DNA of 64,000 nucleotides. Origin: Antedon mediterranea (taxonomy: Eukaryota > Animalia > Echinodermata). The notes under the pieces are model-generated. The model was not told the origin of the DNA. It did no database searches and saw only the letters and a list, made by a program, of their open reading frames with translations. Below, piece by piece: positions 1-14,400 of the stretch; position 1 is the first letter of the stretch; each line of letters begins with the position of its first letter. The translations under genes were made by a program, and so were the position numbers. The stretch covers positions 11,155,812 through 11,219,811 of the forward strand of contig NC_092675.1 in the NCBI RefSeq assembly GCF_964355755.1, in the 5' to 3' direction.

Positions 1-167
1 GAGCAGCAAAAAACAGGAAATAATGGTTTGATTGCCCGCGCAATGAGAGGAAGTACGAAGAGATGCAAAGAACTGTTAGATCATGTGTTGTTAAGACTAA
101 ATCATCAGTAATCGAAAGACCTATAGCTAAATTATGTTTGCTCTTAGAATCTGAGAAAATTGATTAG
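1..167 (+). pseudogene. Degraded 3' end of a BEL/Pao LTR-retrotransposon pol (integrase C-terminal, DUF5641-like region)
   Basis: Reads RSCVVKTKSSVIERPIAKLCLLLESE, resembling the BEL/Pao ending VR.V.V.T.....RPI.KL..L; stops and frameshifts upstream. Confidence 0.75.
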
Positions 168-283
168 TATTGTAATATGTTAGTTGAAACTTATACCATT
201 TTTGAATGACCGATTCAGTTCTTTAGTAGATTTTGTAGTAGTTTAGTAATAGTTTAAATTAGTAAACTATTAAGGGGCCGGAA

Positions 284-1051
284 TGTAGAAGCCATTGCTT
301 CTAGTTTAATTAATATTGGGCAAAATATTTGGTTTTCTGTGGCAACCTATTGTAATATGAGGAGGTTGCATGGTAACATGCCTTTTTTGTGTGAAAAGGA
401 AAGAAGACAGGATTTAAGAAGTTAGTTGGAGATTATAAGAGATAAATAGAGAGAGATTTTAGAAAGTTTTTGTATAAATTACTGAACCATAAGCCAGGGA
501 AAGTTTACAGAATTCGGTAAGCTCAATTCTCTTATCGAATATAGTCATTTTGTTGTGTTATTTGAGATGTTCTTTATGGCTGGTACTTTCGGTAGGCTAG
601 GCCTAGATAACTTTGTTTTAACTTTCAGGGACCATCTCATAAGTGAGATATACCCATTGCTTCTATGAAAGCATAACAGTTTATATGCTTGTTTTTTGGT
701 TAAATTGTTGTTTGAATAGCTAATATTTATGCTCATATTATAATAGTAATATTAATACTGGACACCAATTATGCATTATTATAGAAGACTGTATTAATTG
801 CGGTTGTTGCTGATGGATAAATGGTAATATTATCATTCTGTCAATTGTTTAAATAGGTCATGTTAAACCAGTTTTAAATTAAGAACCAATTAACAACTTT
901 ATAAATAATAGCTAACCATACTATTATGTCATTTTTATTGTTTCACAGTTAATCAACTCTATCACGGTATTGGTATATAAAGACTTAAAGGAAGCATATA
1001 ACCGTGTGATATTTTGATTTTCGACTCGTATATTTCTCTGGACCCTCGACA
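284..1051 (+). mobile_element. 3' LTR of the BEL/Pao element
   Basis: Purine tract AAGGGGCCGGAA directly before TGTAG at 284; candidate end ...TCGACA at 1051. Partner LTR is outside the window, so the right end is inferred. Confidence 0.6.
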
Positions 1052-3057
1052 GTAATAAGTTCCAAGTTGCTGTCTCCGTCAACGTGATCTGTTTTATGTT
1101 TCATTTGGTCGTGTTAATGTTTGTAAAAATGGTTTTATTTCTTGTTTGTCTTCCATGTATAATGATTTTGTTTTTAATTGCCCTGAAGTTGATTTGTTTT
1201 CTGATTCTTTAAGTATGTTTAAACACCATGTACATTGCTATGTTTCCTGTTACCTTGTGGGTGGTGGGTGTTTTAAATCTTTTGGGTATATACATATATA
1301 TTTTATATAGTATCACCTGGAAGTGGGTTTGCACTTTACAATACTTTAGAAGAATTGACTGTAAATATTGCTCAAAATATTTCAGAATGCAAGGGTTCCA
1401 TAAATTGTATTAAATATTTTGCTAACACTAAATATAAGGATATATTGTATGATCTATTAACTTACCTCACTATCAATCTTTTGAAAGTTGAACTAATTTT
1501 CTGAACAAACATAAACTAATCTCTTATAAACAAACTGGGCTCAGTATCTAAAGAATGACAAAGTCTAAAGGGAGGTACCTGTACTTTTTCACACATAATA
1601 GATATGAGGGTATTGAAACTGATTTGAAACTAGACATAGACATTCTAAATTCAACCAAATACTTATTATATTTATAACATGTTAGTGATGTACTAAAAAT
1701 AATACTGGATTATATTATATATATGTGTAGTACTGTAGTTCACTCACTTTCCTTGAATTCATGTGGTTGACCATACTTAACTAATGTAGACTATAATAGA
1801 CCTGGGCTGTAACCACTAAGGTGTCAACTCTTAATAATTAAGTGCCTTATTTTATGGAATTGGTATCTAATAATTACTTGGGTGTGACCTTAATGGATAT
1901 ACCAGCTCTTGGGAGGGGACAAGTAGGGTCACTGAACTGATAAGTTGGACTACTCCTTAAATAGTCATGTATATTCTTTAATTAACACTTTTTGAGTAAC
2001 ACAAATAGGGAATAACTTGGACTGATAGCTACAACTTAATCACTCTCTGTGTACCTGTATATAGGGTAAATAAAAGTACCGTTGAGAGCATTTAACAGTT
2101 TGTGTCATTTATATAAAGAGTGCTACATGTATGTAACTAGATTTTAATTTGTCACTTTTGAAAAATCATTTTCCCTGATGCAAATGCAACATGCACATAC
2201 ATTAAAATATGCGCAAAAAGTTACATCATCATCATATGAAATCATCTGGCCATCTGATGACATCACAACATCCTATACGTACAATTTTCACAGCTTTCAT
2301 AATAAGTTATAAACATGAAGGTCATCTTTAATTCTGAATACCTCAAATTTACGGTATTAGTAAAATTATGAGACCCACATTATATTAAATTTTTTTTGAT
2401 GTGCTAATGTCATCAAAATGAATATGGTGGTAACCCATGAGATAATTGTTTGAGCAAGTACATACTAACATTTGAGAGAAAATCGATGGTTTATAACGAA
2501 AGAGAAAACATCCCAGTGTTTCGATATGCCAATGGCGTTAAATCGTTTTAGCGTACAACGTTACTAGCAAGGTCACATTACAAACCGCAGAGAAAAAAAT
2601 GAGGTGTTCAGACCCATAGCATACGATTATCGTTAGAACGGAAGTGGGTCATTCAGGTTATTTCTAGTTGCATATTTTTGTGCTCTTTCTTAACCATGTG
2701 TTTCATCATTGTTTCCACTGTATATACAGTAGGCCTAGATCTTAGCCCCACAAAATTAGGACAAAATTTGCCGTAAATAAAACATACATCAGCATTTATT
2801 TTTGTTAAATATAGTAAGCCAAATTTCTGTATCTATTGTTTTTATTTTGTAGTAAAAAACATTTTCCCCAGGCTCTTGTGGTGTTACGAAAATAAAGCAG
2901 GCCTCCTGATGGAGATTGTATTGTGAGAAATTGTGATTAGTCTGTTGAATATAATCCTAACTTGCTAGAAAAAGGATACAGTCCCTTGTTTACTGAATTT
3001 GTTAGGAGGAGTTTAGTCTGCCTTGTATATATACTGTATTTTGAATGAGTGACTTAA

Positions 3058-5053
3058 AGTTGTATTGTCCCCCAAAACATGAAAAATAAAGATGAAAAAA
3101 ATCAAAATTTGAATAGTCCATTTTGTAGTTATAATAAAGTTATTCACTTTCGGCGAAAAAAAATTTGAAAAAAATATTGATTTCGCTTATAAAAAATCGA
3201 AATAAGTTTACCATTTTTTCGAACTCAAACGCCCGTATTCTTAAACCGGACTTTAGTCGTAGTTCGAGCTAAAACTAAAAAAATGACGTCATTTTAATTC
3301 ATAAACCGAACTTCAACTAAATCACCGACTAAATCAAGACGAATTTTGATCGATTTTTTTTAGTCCTGGAGGGGGCAGGCTAAATGGTTGACTAAATGGT
3401 TTTTAAACGATGTTTATGAAAAACGTAACAGTCATTGAGTTGTTATATTGGCCAGATATTGAAAAATGAAATATCTATTTTTATATTAGCTTAATTAAGT
3501 ATACATTGGTATAAGTTATAATAATGAAAATAATCTTTATTTACAACCGTATACAAATTACATTATTTTCTTCGCGCAAGTCCGACTTGAACTACGTCAC
3601 GCCATAGCGACAATGGGAGATGCGGAAATTCACCACGCGATGGAATGTTCAGGGGGCCTAGCGCTTTCTTGTCACGCGATGAAGTGCGTGGTTCGTCGCG
3701 ATCATACTTTGTTGGGGGCCTAGAAAATATAAAAGTTACCGTACCGCCATGGTTCCTGAATATATTTTGAATATTTTGTTTGCTGTTAATAAAAAGTACA
3801 CTGTTAAATTAATACTGATCTTGTTCTAATAATTAACGATTAAAATTACTTTTCATGTATATAGTCCTGATGCTTAAAAAGTGTTGTAGGAAAATGGAAA
3901 GTGATATCAATGCGCAAAATTTCGTCTGCTCCTCAAATACTCTCTTGTCATTGGCCAATGTATAGCCTTTGTTACCCAGACGTGTGCAACTTGACTAAAA
4001 GCTCAACTTCATTAAGTCGAACTGCAACTTCGACTACTTCGTTTTTTAATCGAATTTGAAGTAATAGCTCGAACTACGACTTTTTCAAGTCGAACTTCAA
4101 ACTACAACTAAAGTCCGGTTTAAGAATACGGGCGTAAGTCTTGTGAAACGTATTTTTTTCAACAAAATATCATCTAGTAGGAAGCCCTATATTGTATTAG
4201 GGGCTAGACTAGGCCTGGGCTGTGTGGTGGGCCGGCGGGGGACATTTTGAAAAAAAATAACTACAAGCGAGACCAACAAGAAGGGAGCAACAGGCAGGCT
4301 TGACTTTATTTTAGTAGTAGTACTAGTAGGGTATGTTTAGAACAACATAACATAAAATAATGATTTTATTTTATAATTACTCCTCTCTAATGTTTCATAT
4401 GAACATACTAGATTATATTAAATTATTTAATATGTTTTATGGTGCCTCGCATTGTTGGTACAATAGTGCAGTTACACTTCGTACTGACTCGCTTGAATTG
4501 CAATTAACATGGTCACGTGGGCCGTTGACTCCACTGAATCCATGGCTTGCAGTTTGTCAATACCCGTACAGCTGTACTGGGCTAGCTATGCTTCCTATAC
4601 TAACTAACAAAGCTGCACCATAGAAACTACAGTTCTTACTTACCAATCAATCTGCTAGGGCCTAGCCATAGTCTTTTCTTCAAGATAGGAGTTGTTTTTT
4701 TGTTGTTAAAAAACGACAGAACTTTCTCACATCGTCATCTAGCCATATCACGCCGTATTTTTTTTGGTGATGACCTAGAGGTCACATACACGCAAAAGAA
4801 TCATACAATATGCATAATTCATAAGCTAATTCAGGTCAAGGGTTAAATTAAATCGGAAGCCAGCTGGCTGCCAGCCAACCAACCGACTTCCGTTTGACTA
4901 TTTTTTACTTTAAATTACGATTTTCTCAGGTTTTTTTCGATCCAATTTTTTTCCAAAGTGAATAACTTTTATGTATCATTAAAATGGCCTATTCAACAAA
5001 AATATTTTTAAACATTATTTGTTCAGGGGGACAATCGGGGGGACAATACATCT
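3058..5053. mobile_element. Non-autonomous Kolobok-like DNA transposon with nested inserts
   Basis: TTAA|AGTTGTATTGTCCCCC ... GGGGACAATACATCT|TTAA; compact copy at 38271-38559 and a degraded copy near 58200-58490. Confidence 0.7.
3229..4135. mobile_element. TIR MITE (PIF/Harbinger-like) nested in the Kolobok-like element
   Basis: ACGCCCGTATTCTTAAACCGGACTTTAGT ... ACTAAAGTCCGGTTTAAGAATACGGGCGT. Confidence 0.7.
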
Positions 5054-5360
5054 TTAATGTCCCACGCTAGTTTTTAGCTTTAATGAATGCGTGAATGGCT
5101 CTAGCTAGACCTGAAAGAGGATGGGATCGTAGTCCCGTCCCGTTGTACAACACGTTGTACGCTAATTCCCAACTTTTCAGACACACATTCTTTTAGCGTC
5201 GTTCGCTAAAACGCCATGGATCTGAACAGGGCCTTAACTGCTGTTATGTCTTCTTTCTCAAAGAATGCAGGTTGTCAGCAGCAATCTGAGATGTCACCTT
5301 CACTACCCTTTTATACCGACATGGTCATATAAGTAAATAAGTGTAAGTACAGTTATTTAC

Positions 5361-5468
5361 CATAATTTGCTACAGCTTTTCCACCTTTAGCTCTAATTTC
5401 ATTTACAACCTTATCAGCTGCTCTTTGACTTTTTCCTCCACCTTTAATGTCTCCTCCAAGGTCATTCA
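5361..5468 (-). CDS. HSD17B4: HSD17B4 coding exon 3 (108 nt)
   Basis: ttttag|TG AAT GAC CTT GGA ... AAT TAT G|gtaaat = (V)[35 protein letters not shown]. Confidence 0.95.
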
Positions 5469-8400
5469 CTAAAACAGGAAAATAAAGTAAGATAAAGATA
5501 TTGATCCTAAATCTATACCATCTATTGATCAGGTCAAAAAATGATTTGAATGTAATAACAGTACATACCAACAATAGCAGCACCTCTTTCAGCAAACAAA
5601 AGGGCATATTCTCTACCAAGTCCTGTAACAGTAATGGAATAACAATACAATTGTAACCCATGATGGAGCCTGTTAAAACTCGTAGAGTAGTTCTACAACA
5701 GTTAACCTTATTTAACGTTTAGATTTTTACCTTAATTAACTTACCATTACACTTAAAACTTTGATGATCAAAACATTAGATTTTTAAATATATAGATTTT
5801 CCATTTTAACTTTGTGAGAATTATATAAATAAGGCCAAGTAATAAAAATTAAATGTTTCTCGTCTTATTTCAAAACCCAGCCATGCGAAAATACTAAGAG
5901 CACAGTGAACCATGAGCCAGTCACCCATGCATTGTTAAAGGGTCTTTTACATCTGCTCCGGCTGCGCACGGCTCCGGTCTGGCGAAACGAACGCCAATGT
6001 TTTGCTTTCACGACTCTCTATGCTGCTATGTGCCAATCGATATGCGTGTAGCCGCATAAAAACAAAATATTGATATTCGATTGGATTTGGCCGCGCCGGA
6101 ACAGGTGTGAAAGACCCTTTTTAAACAAAGGCCCTGTTTCTGCTGCCAACTAAATACCGTATATTATACGGTATTTTTTTAATACCGTATATATACGGTA
6201 TATTTTTGGCAGCAGAAACTGCGCTCATAAAAAATATACCGTATTTTGTATACCGTATTTTCCCCACAAAATTTGTGGATAAAATACGGTATTTACAAAT
6301 TTATACCGTATTTTTTGTACCCGTTTCTGCTGCCAATAAAAAATACCGTATTTTTTTTTTACATGACAAAAGGTCACCATTCGTGTTTTTATTTTCTGTC
6401 GCTGTTAGCTGCTTTACACACATGTATAGATATATTCGGCGAAAATGTGGAGCGAATACGTCACAGTTTTACTAACTAAATGTGTGTGGGGAAGCTAAAA
6501 TGTCTGACCAACTAAAAGGTAATAAAAGGGACAACCACATTTATAAAGACATTTCTAAAAAAATAAAGCAGGAGTATGGAATAGACTTGTCTCCAAAGCA
6601 AGTAAACTCAAAGCTGAAGAGCCTGCAAAAGCAGTACAACATTGAAAAATACAATAACTCGGGGAGGGAACAAATTAATTGTCCCCATTACGATGTTTTC
6701 TGTGCTCTCACAACATCTCTATCACTAGGGCTAGGCTGTTGAAAGTGAGACGTAAAACTTCCTTTATTGCGACTTTTAATTATCGATCAAATAAATGAAT
6801 GGCAATTTGGGTAAAAAAGATGAAATTTAACACGACCACCCAAGAAGTATTGTTAGCAGAAACGGGGTACTAAAAAATACGGTATAAAAAATACCGTATT
6901 TTATACCGTATTTTTATACCGTATTTTGAGCAGTTGCAGCAGAAACAGGCCCAAAGGAAACTTCTTCACTGGACACATTAAACCCAGTGTATTTAATGAA
7001 ACGCTGATTAGTCAAATGGTCAGTTACATGATTTCAGATTACACGATTGCCTGTTTAGGGAGGTAGCAGACACCCCCTTAATTATTGGACTCTACCAGAT
7101 GTGTTGATCTTGGTGTACCACAATCTCTCATGGAACCATGAAGAACACATGAGGTGATAGGTAGTATTTTGGGTACATGGATTAGGTGATACGAATGGAA
7201 AATAATGGATTTCCTAAGTTATATATTTTAAGATATATAGTTAGCCTACTTCTAGGGCCTAGGCCTAGCCCTAGTGATTTTTTTGCATACTTTGTGAGCA
7301 TGATGACCCTTTATGAAAATAGCTAGGTATATAAATCTCGTGAACCTACATGTAAATTGCATGTTACTTCTAGAATGTTTACCCGATGGTATATAAAGTT
7401 GCTTGTACTTTCGGTAACTGATTTTAACCACCTGGTGTAACCCTGTTTACTAATTAAATACGAGGATGCTTTACCTATATATCTCTTCCTATGATAATTG
7501 TTTTTAAATTAACAGCTGAAAACTGGTTGAACAGCTCGAGTACAGCCTCATAATGTTCAAGATTTAATATACGTTTATACAGATGTATTGATTTGCTATA
7601 AATGGAACATTCCAATCTCTCTCCAATTCCAACCTCAGGCGTCGTAATAACACAAAGGCAATTTAAGTACACTCATTTTACTTAGTTTTACTGTGTTTAG
7701 TAGTATTATTTGTAAAACATGAAAACAATCAATATTTCGCTACTGAATGGATGAATATATTTAAAAATTGCACCTATTCTCTTCCCCAAATTAAGTTTGT
7801 TTAAATTTGACTCAAACAATAGACACGTTTCGCGCTCGAGAGGTCACCGTCAGTTTGACCTTTTAGTGGGTATACAATGGTAAACAAACACAGCGAGAGG
7901 TATGTTAAACTAAAGCATGGGAGAACTGAGAAATGATCATCTTAAAAAGCAATCGTCAAAACTAGCCTTTTGATGGAATGGCATGGTAAGGATGTTATTT
8001 ATTTTCTAAACTTATATTCTATATTCACTGTAGAATTATTTGGGCATTTGGTTTGGAATCATCGACTTTATTTATGTATTGTCATTTTTGGTTTAATTTA
8101 ATACATGTTAACTGTTGATTTTATTTACAAATGTTGCGTAAATATATTAATTATTATCTTTCATTCTTCTTCATGCTCCTATTGCATCTTCCATGTATTA
8201 TGTGATGTTCTTCGGCGCTAAAACAGACACCCAAGCCTCCTAGGCCTAGTAGACGAAGTACCGCATCAGGCAACGCCACCGGGCGGGCGGAGAGGCACGA
8301 GCACATCGTGGACGTACCTTTCCTTGAAAAATTTCGAAGATTTTGCGCCACTATCCTTCGGAGCCGACGCAAACCACTCAGCAAGTGTTTGAAAATTAAA

Positions 8401-11400
8401 AACAGGAATATTATTCAGTGATTTTGTGTAGTTAAATTCACGATTTATCCAACATATACAACATTTATGATGCACCTTGCAACAAAAGCACTCGGCAGTC
8501 GCCATTTCGCTATGCTTCAACACGCACTAGGCGAGAGGTGTTCGGTTTGTTTACAAATCTATACCCACTATTTCTGATTGGTCGCGAGCGAGAAACGTGT
8601 CTATTGGTCTCATAAGTAATTCCTAGAGTGCTAATTTTAGTTGAGTACATAAATCACTGTGTCTATTTACTCGTTCCTGTAAACGACATGTATTATTATG
8701 TCCTGCGGAGCGGTACGTATTTGAAATCGCCAGTTTCTTAACGCTGAAATTACTATGTATTCGAGAACCATCTGTGGGCATGACCTAGATGGTACGCAAG
8801 CGAAGGGAGCGTATCATCTAGTAATAAAAAATTATCAATATACAATCATGTGACATTGCATTTTCAGTGCGTTATTTTATTCATGTATTGGAAAAATAGC
8901 AAAAATAAAAATAACATAAAAATAGAAAATAACAAATGCCTCCTCCTTCCTTTTTAAAAAAAGTCTGGACAATCTGAAGCATGTATATTTTATTATTTGG
9001 CCTTATATGACGCAATTTAACTTGAACTGACGCAAAATTTAACTTGAGCAGACATGACTTGACGTGTTACAAAGTGACGGAGTACATTTAACAGTGTACA
9101 CGTCCGGACTTTCAGCCTATGACTTCGGCGCAATGTTTTTGGTTTTGCGCTCTAGCAATAAGGTTTAATCGAGGTAAAGTGCGTATTACGATACAATATT
9201 TTGGTACAACTTTTCATTTCTATATAAAAAACACATTTAAAATAGATTGACGTAGGCCTAAATTAGTCACGCCGTGGCTAAAGATACAGTACCGTATCCT
9301 AACTTCCGTTTGCTAAAGGTACGGTAAAATTGCATTACGTCATAATAGTACATGTGTGACATCATCGTATAAGGACTTTGGATTTGTTTTATTGCGAAAA
9401 CAGTGATCAACCGCTTAATACAGAAAACCGTTTCAAAAGGGGTCTACAGTACTATGTACTATGTACTATAACGAGTTTGTTTGTGTAGGGAAAGCGGTGC
9501 CAGGCTGTGGCCAGCTGCATGTGTGCGCTGATTTCTGTGACTTAGCCCTGGGGCTACTGTCTAAATCATAGTATTTGAGGGCCCCTTTATTGTCCGCATT
9601 TGCTTGTTGTTTAAAGTCACCATCTGTAAACAAAGTTTTAAAAAACTAAATAGACCATTTGGAATAAAAAACCCTCATATATAGTAGCTATGGACAAATG
9701 AACTAGACGCAACACAATTTCCAACATTGTTTATTCTTTGGCTATCAACATGTCACCCGTTATTAAACTTCTGGATGCAACATTGCTAGGTCTAGGCTTG
9801 GCCCCGGCGCTGAGTCACAGAATCAGCGCACACATCCATGCAGACTGGCTCCGCCGATAGGCATTCTATACACTACATACGCGATATAAATTCAAGAAAC
9901 CATGCAATGCGATAACTAATAGCAAAAACAATAGCACAGTCTAATATATGCGTGAATGGCGCTCCAGAGAAATCTGTTGTGGCTAAAAACTGTCTGTGGC
10001 CGAAACAGTCATATTCCTCCTGGGCCTATGCCAAGTAGGCCAGACCTAGGCCGGGGAACAGACAATCGGGACCATGGCGATGATCAGGCCAAACAAGGTT
10101 GTAAGATGATCGGGACCAGAGACGATCGGGCCCAACAAATAAGACGATCGGGCCTAAATCGGTCACGTTTTATTTTGGTCGAAATAAAACAAACTTTTGG
10201 AATTTTTTTGGCGCGCGCCAATATAGTTATGCTTTTTTGACAAAAATTAGGCCTATATAATATTAACCAACATTCATCCCTTATTTATACGCAACAAATA
10301 TCAAGGAGTAAAGAATAAGAATAATTATTCGGCCCACCGAATGATGAGAATGAATAAAGCTTAAAACAAACAAGGCTGCAGGCCCAGAAAACTTGTCTCC
10401 CAAGCTTCTCAAGCTCTGTGCCCCGACATTTTCCACAGTTCTTTACGAGTTGTTTAATTTCATCAGGTTGTGTGCCTGCCAGAGGGTTGGAAGAGGGCAC
10501 ATGTCACCCCTATCTTTAAGAAAGGAGTGACTGCCGATTTTAACAACTACCGCCCGGTGGCTTTACCATCTGTTGTGGGTAAATTGCTGGAGAGGCTTGT
10601 GGTGCAAGCACTTCTAAAACATGCTACTGACAATTGCTTGTTTATCGAAAACCAACATGGGTTTTTACCTAATAAATCATGTGCCACGCAACTTGCAACT
10701 ATTATCCATGACTGGTCCTCTATTTTAGAGAAAAGATCTCCACCCAATATTGATGCAATATTTTTAGATATCTGAAAGGCCTTTGACCGGATGCCTCATG
10801 ACATTCTTCTCCTCAATAAGCTTTCCCAGCAATTTAACATTACTGGTGATACTGATATATGGTACTGGTTAAAGTCATTTTTAATTAAAAGATACCAAAA
10901 TTTAAAGGGTCTTCATCTAACTGGGTGGTAACCAGTGGGGTATCTCAAGGCAGTGTACTCGGTCCCATTCTTTTTAACTTTTTTATTAACGATATTATTT
11001 GTTCACTTAAATGTAAAACTGCTATTTTTGCTGATGATACTCTTATTTATAATGCAATTTAACTCTCCTCAGGATTCTCTAAACCTTCAAGCTGATTTTG
11101 ATCGACTTGGTCTGTGGAGCCAAGCAAATCGCATGCCTTTCAATGTTATGAAGACGAATGTCCTGCATGTCACACGTTCGCGTAACAGACAGTTGTCTAA
11201 ATACCTTTTGTTTGGCTCTAATATTAGTCCGGTGACATCTTTTAAATACCTTGGTGTTACTTTTAACTCAAAATTGACCTGGGATGACCATGTCCATGTC
11301 ATTGTTTCCAAAGCTAAACGTATGTTGGGCTTTGTTTGGAGTGTGGCTGGACATGCTTCGACCAGTGCATTTTTGTCTTTGTACAAAAGTCTTGTATTGC

Positions 11401-14400
11401 CTGGTCTGGAGTATGCGCAACCTGCTTGGTTTCCATGGACAAAGTCTTTGTCAGATCAGCTTGAGGGATCCATAGGAGAGCAACTCATCTTGCTCTCAAA
11501 CAGCATCGTGAACAGATATGCTATGAGGAGAGGTTAAATTTGCTTTCAGTTTCGTCTTTGTCCGTTAGAAGAGATACTGTAAATTTCTTATTATATTTTG
11601 TTTTAAGGTTCTGGTTGGGTTTCTGGACTGCAGCACAGTTCATGACTGTATTGTAATAAATACCCGTCACAATGATCCCTGTGCTTCCGACATTAAGCAT
11701 CAAGGACACAGGCTTTTTTCCATTCTATAGCAATCAGGTTACCTCGTGGTGTCTGGGACCAGCTTCCCAGACCGTTGACAGATGCTGCAGTCCTGGAAAG
11801 CCCATTTTTAGCCTTCATTAGAAAAGTTCATATTTATTTTGATTCGCTGTAACTGTATTTTAGCCTGGGTGCAGAACAATTATTATACACATTTGCGGGA
11901 AAAAAGTATAGGAAAATTTTTTTTTGGTTTTTCTAATAGAGTATACCATATAGAATGTCAGAAAAAAAATCCCCATCCCAGGGTCTTGGGCAAAATTTTT
12001 TATGCCACTTTTAAATTTTGGCCTATATAACACACACAAATTCCTATCAACACACACAAATACCTATATATAGGGGATAGGGAAAATCAATTAACAGTTT
12101 TTGTTACTTGCAGTTGTGTTTTAATGATTAAAATTAGTAGAGGCTTACTTTAATAACTACTTCTCATAGTAGTTGATAAATCAAGTCGATACGATGACAT
12201 CATCATGCCCGAATCCAATATGGCGTCCAATTTGGCAGGAAAAACAGGGTATTGCTAAACCCCCACAAACCCCTGGAAACCTAAAAAAAAAACATAGAAA
12301 ACCCCACCGAACCAACATAAAAGTGATTGAATCATGGAGTGTACAACCCACTAGGTATGTCCATGTAAAACAACAAAAAAATTCTACTGTTAACTACTTA
12401 TTTTTGGGTAAAACATCATTTTTTGGTTAAAAATTAGCAATCATTTTTTACCAAAAAATGAAGTTTTACCCCCAAAATAAGTAGTTAACAGTAGAAATTT
12501 AATTTTTTTTTTACATGGATATACCCAGTGGATCGTACACTACATGATTCAATCACTTTTATGTTGGTTCGGTGGGGTTTGCTATGTTTTTTTGGAGGTT
12601 TGCAAGGGTTTGCGGGGGTTTAGCAATACCCTGTTTTTTCCGCCAAATTGGACGCCATATTGGATTCTGGCATGATGATGTCATTGTTATCGACTCGATT
12701 TACCAACTACTATGAGAAGTAGTTATTAAAGTAAGCCTCAGCAAATTTTAATCATCATAACACAACTCCAAGTAAAAAAAAAAGTGAATTTGTTTTCCCT
12801 ATCCCCTATATATAGGTATTTGTGTGTGTTAATAGGCATTTGTGTGTGTTATATAGGCCAAAATTTGAAAGTTCCGTAACAAATTTTCCCCAAGACCCTG
12901 GGATGGGGATTTTTTTTCTGACATTCTATATGGTATACTCTATCAGAAAAAAAAGAAAACAATTTTCCTATACTTTTTTCCTGCAAAATTTGTACTGCAC
13001 CCAGGCTATTTTGTCTTTATTTCTTTTATGTGATTAAGTTCACTTAGGTTCACCCTGGTCTCCCCAATTTCAGTTTTTTTTTGTTATGTATATACTCAAT
13101 AGACCAAATAAATAATGAAATGAAATGAAAGACGATCGGGACCAACATTGTTCCGGACACACTACTGACAATCGGGTCCATTCATGAGACGATCGGGCCC
13201 AACGCTGAAATTTGAAAACGAGATCGGGACGTTTTCTAGGCCCGATCGTCCGTGGTCCCGATCGTCTGATAACCACCTAGTACTAGTAGACCTAGCCTAG
13301 CTAGGCCTCCCTAGGCTCAGCTAGCTTGCTGTTTTGTACTATATTTAGTAATAGGAGATAGGCCTAGGCCGGTGTAAGATTGAAATGTGTCCAGCATTCA
13401 AAAGTGTCCGGGCGGACACTTTTCAGCATTGGATAGTGTCCAGTTGCATGTTTCAACGGGTTCGTGGGCGTTTTTCAACAATTTAATGCTGTCCGGCCCG
13501 TTTAATAATGTCTGACCCATGGATTGAAATGCGTCCACTATTAAATACTGTATCATACGTTTTATGATAGGTGGTTGGGATTTGAGAGTCAGGTTTTGAT
13601 CACGCATGCACTTGTCTTGTCTTCTTTTAACAACCAATAATACTTCCAATTAGTGACCATTTTATTAATTGGTATGAGTAAAGACAAGAATAATTAATAG
13701 TTTTAATTATGTGACAAAAAACAAGTAAGTGTACTGGTCCTCTTTCAGTTAAAGATTACTTTACTTATAGACACCTCCAATTAGCGACCATTTTATTAAT
13801 TGGCATAGGAATAAAAACAAGAATAATAAATAGTTTTAATTATGTGACAAAATACAAGTAATTGGATACTGGTCCCCCTCCAATTAAAGACCACTTTACT
13901 TAAAATACCTCCAAATTAACGACCATTTATTAATTGGTAGGTGTACTTGTACTGGTCCTCTTTCAATTAAAGATCATTTTACTTAAAGACACCTCCAATT
14001 AGCGACCATTATATTTTTTTCAAATTACGTCCATTGATGTTAAATTGATGTCTCTTCTGTAAATAGGTAGTATAATAAGACTATGTCTGATAGAACAATA
14101 TTAATAATATTTATTTGGATCGACATATTTTTTTGTTTTGTTTTCTAAGGAATTATAATTACCCTAGGGAGTTGGTAAATTTCCAGCGGCCTAGTTTTTA
14201 CAGGGGGGGTGATGTGACAGTCGATGGTCCTACTTTGTTATCGATCGAAAACTGCCCGGGTGGTTGCAACCATTTTCAACAGCTGGTGTTACACTATTCA
14301 ATGCTGAAAATTGTCCGGTGGACACTTTTAAACACCGGACACATTTCAATCTTACACCGGCCTAGGGCCTACAGGATCCAGTCAAGTCGCCCCATACAAA

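Larger units (their letters stand above)
10053..13274. mobile_element. MULE/MuDR-like non-autonomous element with GACGATCGGG subterminal repeats; hosts a LINE and a palindromic MITE
   Basis: Termini GGGGAACAGAC / GTCTGATAACC; flanks ACCTAGGCC and ACCTAGTAC (degenerate 9-bp TSD). Confidence 0.6.

Noticed and set aside
1-5360. HSD17B4 exon 4
   Set aside because: No DSVE.GEK.V.TALD.FGRI-like segment found on the minus strand; presumably left of the window
5353-5661. 102-aa minus-strand ORF as a single gene
   Set aside because: Only its end is HSD17B4 exon 3; exon 2 is in another frame and the rest is intron
6482-6742. Domesticated MSANTD-like host gene
   Set aside because: Short fragment enclosed by Harbinger-like TIRs, with no exon context
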